DNA of 64,000 nucleotides, taken from assembly GCA_951406725.2 (NCBI GenBank), contig OX597818.1, positions 4,898,001 to 4,962,000 of the forward strand, read 5' to 3'. Every line of letters starts with the position of its first letter. Position 1 is the first letter of the stretch. This stretch comes from Octopus vulgaris. Taxonomy: Eukaryota. Shown here in pieces: positions 56,900 through 64,000 of the stretch. The position numbers and the translations under genes were made by a program. The notes beneath the pieces were generated by a model. That model worked only from the letters and a program-made list of their open reading frames with translations, was not told the origin of the DNA and ran no database searches.

Positions 56900-57762
56900 T
56901 TAAAAAATAGGATAAAATCTTAATAAGAAATCCTAACAAGAAATTATCAAGTAGTTAGCGTGAAAAACCTCATAAGAAAAAAAACTGTAAATTTTTTTTT
57001 TTGAAAATATTTATTTATATTGTATAGAGGGCATTATTACACACATTATGCCACACACTAGGAGGGACTCTTAAAGTCATAACTACCAAATATAAACAAA
57101 TTGTACCGAATGCAATTCACAAAGCGAGTCATTTAAAAACAGAATTTAGCTCCATATCACCTGTGATTTCGCAATTAACGCGTTATACGCATCCCTTGCA
57201 CTTCAGTGAAGCGAATCCAAAACATATCATAAATAAACAAAAACATCATACCAGGTGGAGAACCGTCGCCGTCATCGTAGTATATGGAAATGTTTACCCA
57301 TTATACATTTATGTAAATGGCGGGCTCTTTTGAATTACATTTCGGGAGACAACGTGCTTTTTCGGAACAATTTAAAAAAATAGGATAAAATCTTAATAAG
57401 AAATTATCAAGTAGTTAGCGTGAAAAACGTCATAAGAGAAAAAACTAATTTTTTTTCTTTGAAAATATTTATTTATATTTTATAGAGGGCATTATTACAC
57501 ATAAATGCCACACGCTAGGAGAGACTCTTAAAGTCATAACTACCAAATATAAACAAATTGTACCGGATTCGCTTCACTGAAGAGCAAGGGACGCGTATAA
57601 CGCGTTATTTGTGAAATCACAGGTGATATGGAGCTAAATTCTGTTTTTAAATGACTCGCTTTGTGAATTGCATTCGGTACAATTTGTTTATATTTGGTAG
57701 TTATGACTTTAAGAGTCCCTCCTAGCGTGTGGCATTTAGGTGTAATAATGCCCTCTATACAA
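56900..57762. repeat. Compound direct plus inverted duplication of an HHR-bearing repeat
   Basis: 56900-57107 is directly repeated at 57373-57564; about 57020-57218 is inverted at 57566-57762. Confidence 0.88.
57571..57634 (+). ncRNA. Type I hammerhead ribozyme (mirror copy 57149-57212 on minus strand, A9 mutated)
   Basis: gcttca-CTGAAGA-gcaa..acgcg/cgcgt..ttgt-GAAA-tcac(ag)gtg-ATA-tggagc. Confidence 0.8.
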
Positions 57763-57803
57763 TATGTATATATATGTATATATATTATATATATATGTAT
57801 ATA

Positions 57804-57889
<86 letters not shown>

Positions 57890-57987
57890 AAGTTAATCCA
57901 AACAAGAAAGCACAAAAAAACAACAACGCGAGGACGTGGAACAAATGTAGTATTATTGTACGCTCAGGAAAGAAGGAAAGAAGGAGG

Positions 57988-58022
57988 GTTTAACGTTTCG
58001 AGCGGAGCTCTTCGTCGGAAAC
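57988..58022 (-). ncRNA. Minimal hammerhead motif, C4 variant
   Basis: Reverse complement gttt-CCGACGA-a-gagc(tcc)gctc-GAAAC-GTT-aaac; same repeat family as 14625. Confidence 0.7.
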
Positions 58023-58164
58023 ATAGGAGAAGGAAAGATCCAGAGAAGGGAAGACATAGGAAAAAAATCGCCAACGGTACACGCAAGGTCACATTTTATA
58101 TATATGTAAGTTATTAAATGGTGGAGTTGTGTTGACCGCACGTGGAGAAATGATAGGCGAGGAA

Positions 58165-59092
58165 AAATTATAAAAAGGCAGAATGCTAAATTGATGGTAA
58201 ATTTTAATAAAAGTGGGTGTATGGAAAATTAAAAAAAAAATTTTTTTTAATATTAACTCTTACGGGTTTTCATCGCAATGCAAATTTTCAAGAATTGAAA
58301 GGTGAAAAGAATTTTTTTTAAAATTGAGGAGGGGGAAAAAGAAATTTACATTGTTTTTTGCAAAAAAAAAGAATAATAAACATATATAAAAATTAAAAAA
58401 ATAGGTATACCGATACATTGTAAAGTCTTTATGTATCTTGAGTTCAATGATAGTCCTTGGAAAAATTACCTTGGAGGATTAAGATCCTTATGATTAAACG
58501 TGGTGTTTAATTTAGGAATCACTACAAAAGAAAGAATTAACAAGGAGAATCTTTTTATTGAAAAATTCAAAACGCATCTTAATATGCAAACTCCACGATG
58601 ATCATACTTCTTTTTTCTAACATCGTATCTGACAAAAAATTGATAATCTCAATTGAAGAGCATAAAATCCACGGAGTTGTCTCCCCTTACCCACAGGAAC
58701 TGGATAACTCCTACCCCATTTCCTGTTTTGACATTCATTTAACAAACATCCTAAATTAAACACCACGTTTAATCACATGGATCTTAATCCTCCAAGGTAA
58801 TTTTTCCAAAGACTATCATTGACCTCAAGATACATAAAGACTTTACAATGTATCGGTAAACCTATTTTTTAATTTTTGTATGTTTATTATTATTTTTTCG
58901 TAAATTTCTTTTTTCCCCCTCCTCAATTAAAAAAAAATTCTTTTCACCTTTCAATTCTTGAAAATTTGCATTGCCATGAAAACCGGTTAGAGTTAATATT
59001 AAAATAAATTTTTTAAAAAATTTTTCATACTCCCACTTTTATTAAAATTTACCTTCAATTTAGCATTCTGCCTTTTTATAATTTTTTCTCGC
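58165..59092. repeat. Inverted repeat with ~340-bp arms, U3-A8 HHR-like motifs, and a PLE C-terminal peptide in the spacer
   Basis: 58165-58515 versus 58751-59092. Motif at 58953-58994: aattc-TTGAAAA-...-GAAA-accgg-TTA-gagtt. Spacer encodes RINKENLFIEKFKTHLN. Confidence 0.75.
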
Positions 59093-59158
59093 CTATATAT
59101 ATATATATGTAATGCCCTAACCATTAAGCCACGCGTCTTCACTATATATATATATATA

Positions 59159-59468
59159 GTGAAGACGCGTGGCTTAATGGTTAGGGCATTCGGACCGCGA
59201 TCGTAAGGTCGTGAGTTCAATTCCAGGCGACGCGTTGTGTCCTTGAGCACGTTGCACCAGTTCACTCAGCTGGCAAAAATGATTAGTACCTGTATTTCAA
59301 AGGGTTAGCCGTGTCACACTCTGTGTCATGTTGAATCTCCCTGAGAGCTACGTTTAGGGTACACGTGTCTGTGGAGAGCTCACCCACTTGCACGTTAATG
59401 TTGCGAGCAAGCTGTTACGTTGATCGTTTCTGCTGAGACCCTCGTCATCGTAACCGATGGAGTGCCCC
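59159..59468 (+). mobile_element. tRNA-derived SINE with an inverted copy of its first 32 bp upstream
   Basis: A-box tggcttaatgg and B-box gagttcaattcc; 59111-59142 is the perfect reverse complement of 59159-59190. Confidence 0.85.
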
Positions 59469-59510
59469 TACATGTATGTATATGTATGTATATGTATGTA
59501 TATGTATGTC

Positions 59511-59552
<42 letters not shown>

Positions 59553-59555
<3 letters not shown>

Positions 59556-60030
59556 TTAATAATTAGGGTTCAGCAAAGATTTGCTTTACCGCATACCGAA
59601 GTTTAGAAATAACATCCAAAACCTTCGCTATTTCTTCTACTTTAAAAAGGGACTCCCAGAGAAATCAAAATACTTGAAAACAATCCACACAGGCAGAGGA
59701 AAGTAACGAAAATCAATCAATATTTGGTCATCCATGGACGCGCTTTTGGGAATTAGATCGGTATAAAGAATATAGAATTATACTTTACCAACCATTTTCC
59801 TCATCAGCATGGCATTCCTCAATAATTAAATATTGAAATATTAAATTCGGGGGTACTGGAATAATTGAACATATCTCTCCACTTAACGGTAGCAGAGCAA
59901 ATCTTTGCTGAACCCTAATTATTAAGTATTACTTAAGTTTACCGTGAAATGGTCCTTTTTCATGCCGAATTCTACTTGGTGAAATTATTGATTACTTCTT
60001 AATTAATTAATTTTACCCTTTGTTATTATT
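59553..60030. mobile_element. PLE-type repeat with short inversion and decayed HHR (59732-59812, minus strand)
   Basis: IR 59553-59586 / 59896-59928; reverse complement ccatg-CTGATGA-ggaa...ttcc-caaaagcgc-GTC-catgg; related to 55200-55445. Confidence 0.6.
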
Positions 60031-60049
60031 GATATATATGTCTAGGTAT

Positions 60050-60120
60050 ATGCAGCTGATGAAGACAAATCAAATCTACGTTGTCAAACGTATTTGAAGA
60101 GTCTGAAACCGGTCCTGCAT
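60050..60120 (+). ncRNA. Intact type I hammerhead ribozyme, copy 1
   Basis: atgcag-CTGATGA-agac...gtct-GAAAC-cg-GTC-ctgcat; predicted cleavage after 60114. Confidence 0.9.
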
Positions 60121-60477
60121 TATCCGATTCTAGGTTTTCCATTTTCAGATGTTCTTCCTAGAGGTAAGACAAATTTTTTTCATGTTTGTAGCACACACGC
60201 GTCTTTGGTAGTATATACGCAGTGAAGCTATACAATAGCGTCGTATTTATTACGATTGCTATTTTCCAGTAAATATCGGTGCCTCGTTGTACCATTTATT
60301 TACTTTTATATGTATAATTTTACTCTTACGGGCTATCTTTTACTGGAAAGTAATACTTTCGTATTGTATTATTATTTTCATCGAAACTTCTTCACTGTTA
60401 TCGTTCTGTTAACGTTTTGGCGTCCAGACAAGTGTACTGGCATAGATGTGGCAACATTTGAAATATTGTCTAGGTAT

Positions 60478-60548
60478 ATGCAGCTGATGAAGACAAATCA
60501 AATCTACGTTGTCAAACGTATTTGAAGAGTCTGAAACCGGTCCTGCAT
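60478..60548 (+). ncRNA. Intact type I hammerhead ribozyme, copy 2
   Basis: Identical motif 428 bp downstream; predicted cleavage after 60542. Confidence 0.9.
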
Positions 60549-60729
60549 TATCCGATTCTAGGTTTTCCATTTTCAGATGTTCTTCCTAGAGGTAAGACAA
60601 TTTTTTTCATGCTTGTTGCACACACGCGTCTTTGGTAGTATATACGCAGTGAAGTTATACAACAGCGTCGTATTTATTACGATTGCTACTTTCCAGTAAA
60701 TATCGGTGCCTCGTTGTATCATTTATTTA

Positions 60730-62030
<1,301 letters not shown>

Positions 62031-62034
62031 GTAA

Positions 62035-63380
62035 TTGAAATTTACAGAAAAAGAAATGACGAAGTCAGATGTATGAACAAAAAGCAGATGTATTTATTTG
62101 ACGCTCGGGAAAGTGAGGGTCTTTTACGTTACGATCCTCCACTCTGTAGCCGAAAGGAATAAGAGAAAATAAACATGAAGAATAAAAGCTTATGGATTTA
62201 CGGTCTAGCACGGCGACTGGTTGGAAAAAATGGTTTGACAAGAGAGGAAGAAAGAACGGGAGATAATAAAGTGTTGGGGCTTCGAAAACGAAGGTGCGCC
62301 TGCGTGTGTGTGTATGTGAGAACGTGTAAGTGTGTGTATGTGGATAGGAGCTAGTGACTTTCACGAGTGTGGATGTTTGCGTGTGTAAGTGTTTCCGTCT
62401 ATAATGTTTTGGGTTTGTGGATGATGGGCTCGTGGAAGATGGTGTGTGGGTGTGCAGGTGATGGTGTGTGGTGTGGGTACTGGAAAGTGGTCAGTGCTTG
62501 TGAATGTGGAGTGGGGTGGTGTGATGTGGTGTGGTTCTGTGGTAGGGTGGGATGTCGTGTGGGGTGTGTGAGGGATGTAGATGTGGGGGTAGGGTTGGGT
62601 GTGTGGGAGTGGGCGTCTGATGTCTCGGAGTTTTTCCACAAACCGGTCAGCCAAGCCATCCTGTTTGACCGATGTACAAAGAAGGGCAGAAAGAGTGGGA
62701 GATGCAGTAAAGACGTTGCTAGAAGTGCAGGGAAAGGAGTCGGTGATATGACAGGGACGATGATGTGTGCCTATGAGGATGGTGGTGTTGGAGAGATAAA
62801 GGCATGAGCGTCAGTGTGGGCGGAGGCAGGGGAACGAACCAGGTTGGGAGGTGGGGATAGGGAAGAAACTGAGGTCCAGGAGGTCACTCAGATTGTAGGA
62901 TCATTTGAAGGAGGGAAGGGGTAGGTTGGGGAGGATGTGATAGGTGGAGGGATCGGACTGCAGTCAACGGAAAACTCGGAGAATGGTGCGTTGGAGGGCA
63001 GGGTGGACGGGTGGTAGCTGAGGGGAAACGGGAAACGGGGTGTCGAGTAAGGGGAGAGCGAGCAGAAGCACGGTCCATGGAAGTGCTGTATAGTTCGGGA
63101 GTGGGACCAGTGAATCATGAGAATATTTGTGCCTTAACGTAGCCAGCGAACAAGTTCGCATTGTTGGGGCCCATTCTCGCTCCCATGGCCACTCCTGTGA
63201 ATGTTGTTAAAACTCCCCGAGAACGAGAAGCAGTTGAGGGAGAGAACAAGTTCGGCCAGATGAAGAAGTGTGGACATGTCAGTCTGGGGGTTGGGTCGAA
63301 GGTCTAGGAAGTGTTTGAGGGCAAGAAGTCCTTCGTGGTGTGGGATCACCCTATATAGGATGTTGATATCAATTTCCATT
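62035..63380 (-). mobile_element. Decayed Penelope-like element (RT fragment, GIY-YIG remnant, CA-rich spacer, terminal repeat)
   Basis: LYRVIPHHEGLLALKHFL..LAELVLSLNCFSF; DRFVEKLRDIR; 3' region homologous to 30480-30755. Confidence 0.75.
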
Positions 63381-64000
63381 AAAGATTCTATAGTACATAT
63401 ATTCTCTAAAGAAACGTGTATCTATGTAAGGAGAAAATTGCTATCCGTGGTTAGAGGAACTTGATGGTTGAGTTGTAATTTGTGCCTTCAGTAATTTCAG
63501 TCCTTCAGTATTTTTGCCATTCTTTTATTGAAAGACTACGCATTTTACTCTGTCTGTCACAATTTTGTGCTATGTAAGATAAAAATTATTTATTTTATCT
63601 TCTGACTGGCCAAAGCTGGAAGTTGTGCAAGTTGATTCTGTGGGTGGGTTTTGTGTACTTGGTGATGTCATTCAAGTTGTTGTTGGGTTTGTGTGTTTGT
63701 TGTTTTATGTGCTTTCTTTTTGCTGCTGTTAGTGGATGTGGTGGTAGGGATGATGCATTTCCGATGCTGTGGTTTAAGCGTTGTTTGGTGTTCCATTTCT
63801 CAGACCTTTCTTTTTCTCGGTCCTTTTTTTCACAAGAAGTACAGTTAAAAGAATAATCGTTAGAGGGCAGAGTTATATTTTCTTGTGTATATGCCTCTGT
63901 TACTGCATGCAAGGAGGGATTATTTAAAGAACAGTGTGAGTTACTAGGTTAATATATCCCTTCTGTGACAAATATATGCTTGAAATTGTTCATCTCCATG

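Noticed and set aside
59159-59230. tRNA genes (also near 10680-10747, 29100-29186 and 31340-31411)
   Set aside because: These are SINE heads with A/B boxes followed by SINE bodies; no complete cloverleaf
62119-62160. HHR remnant in the PLE terminal segment
   Set aside because: Both core boxes are mutated; recognisable only by homology to 30630, so not counted
63595-63912. 105-aa minus-strand ORF
   Set aside because: No family motif; may be element-derived and cannot be assigned

Overview
AT-rich eukaryotic DNA, dense in (TA)n, (CA)n and (TAA)n microsatellites. The SINE families and repeat content suggest a cephalopod (Octopus-like) genome; this is an inference. I found no credible host protein-coding exon, and most ORF-track entries are microsatellite translations. 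The window is a nest of decayed transposons: Penelope-like elements (PLEs), R4/Dong-type, CR1/L2-type and L1/Tx1 LINEs, tRNA-derived SINEs, two Chapaev3-like elements, two mariners, a Tc1, a hAT derivative and a Helitron. The most striking signal is non-coding. About 20 type I hammerhead ribozyme (HHR) motifs, from roughly a dozen distinct sequence families, can be read by eye. Nearly all have a minimal palindromic stem III, and many lie in inverted or tandem duplications next to (TA)n. Highlights are a tandem pair of intact HHRs defining a 428-nt retrozyme-like unit (60115-60542), a tRNA-headed SINE carrying an HHR, recurrent core variants (U3-A8 and U4C), and a ~2-kb near-perfect palindrome with an HHR in each arm. 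All motifs were folded by eye and none is shown to be active.
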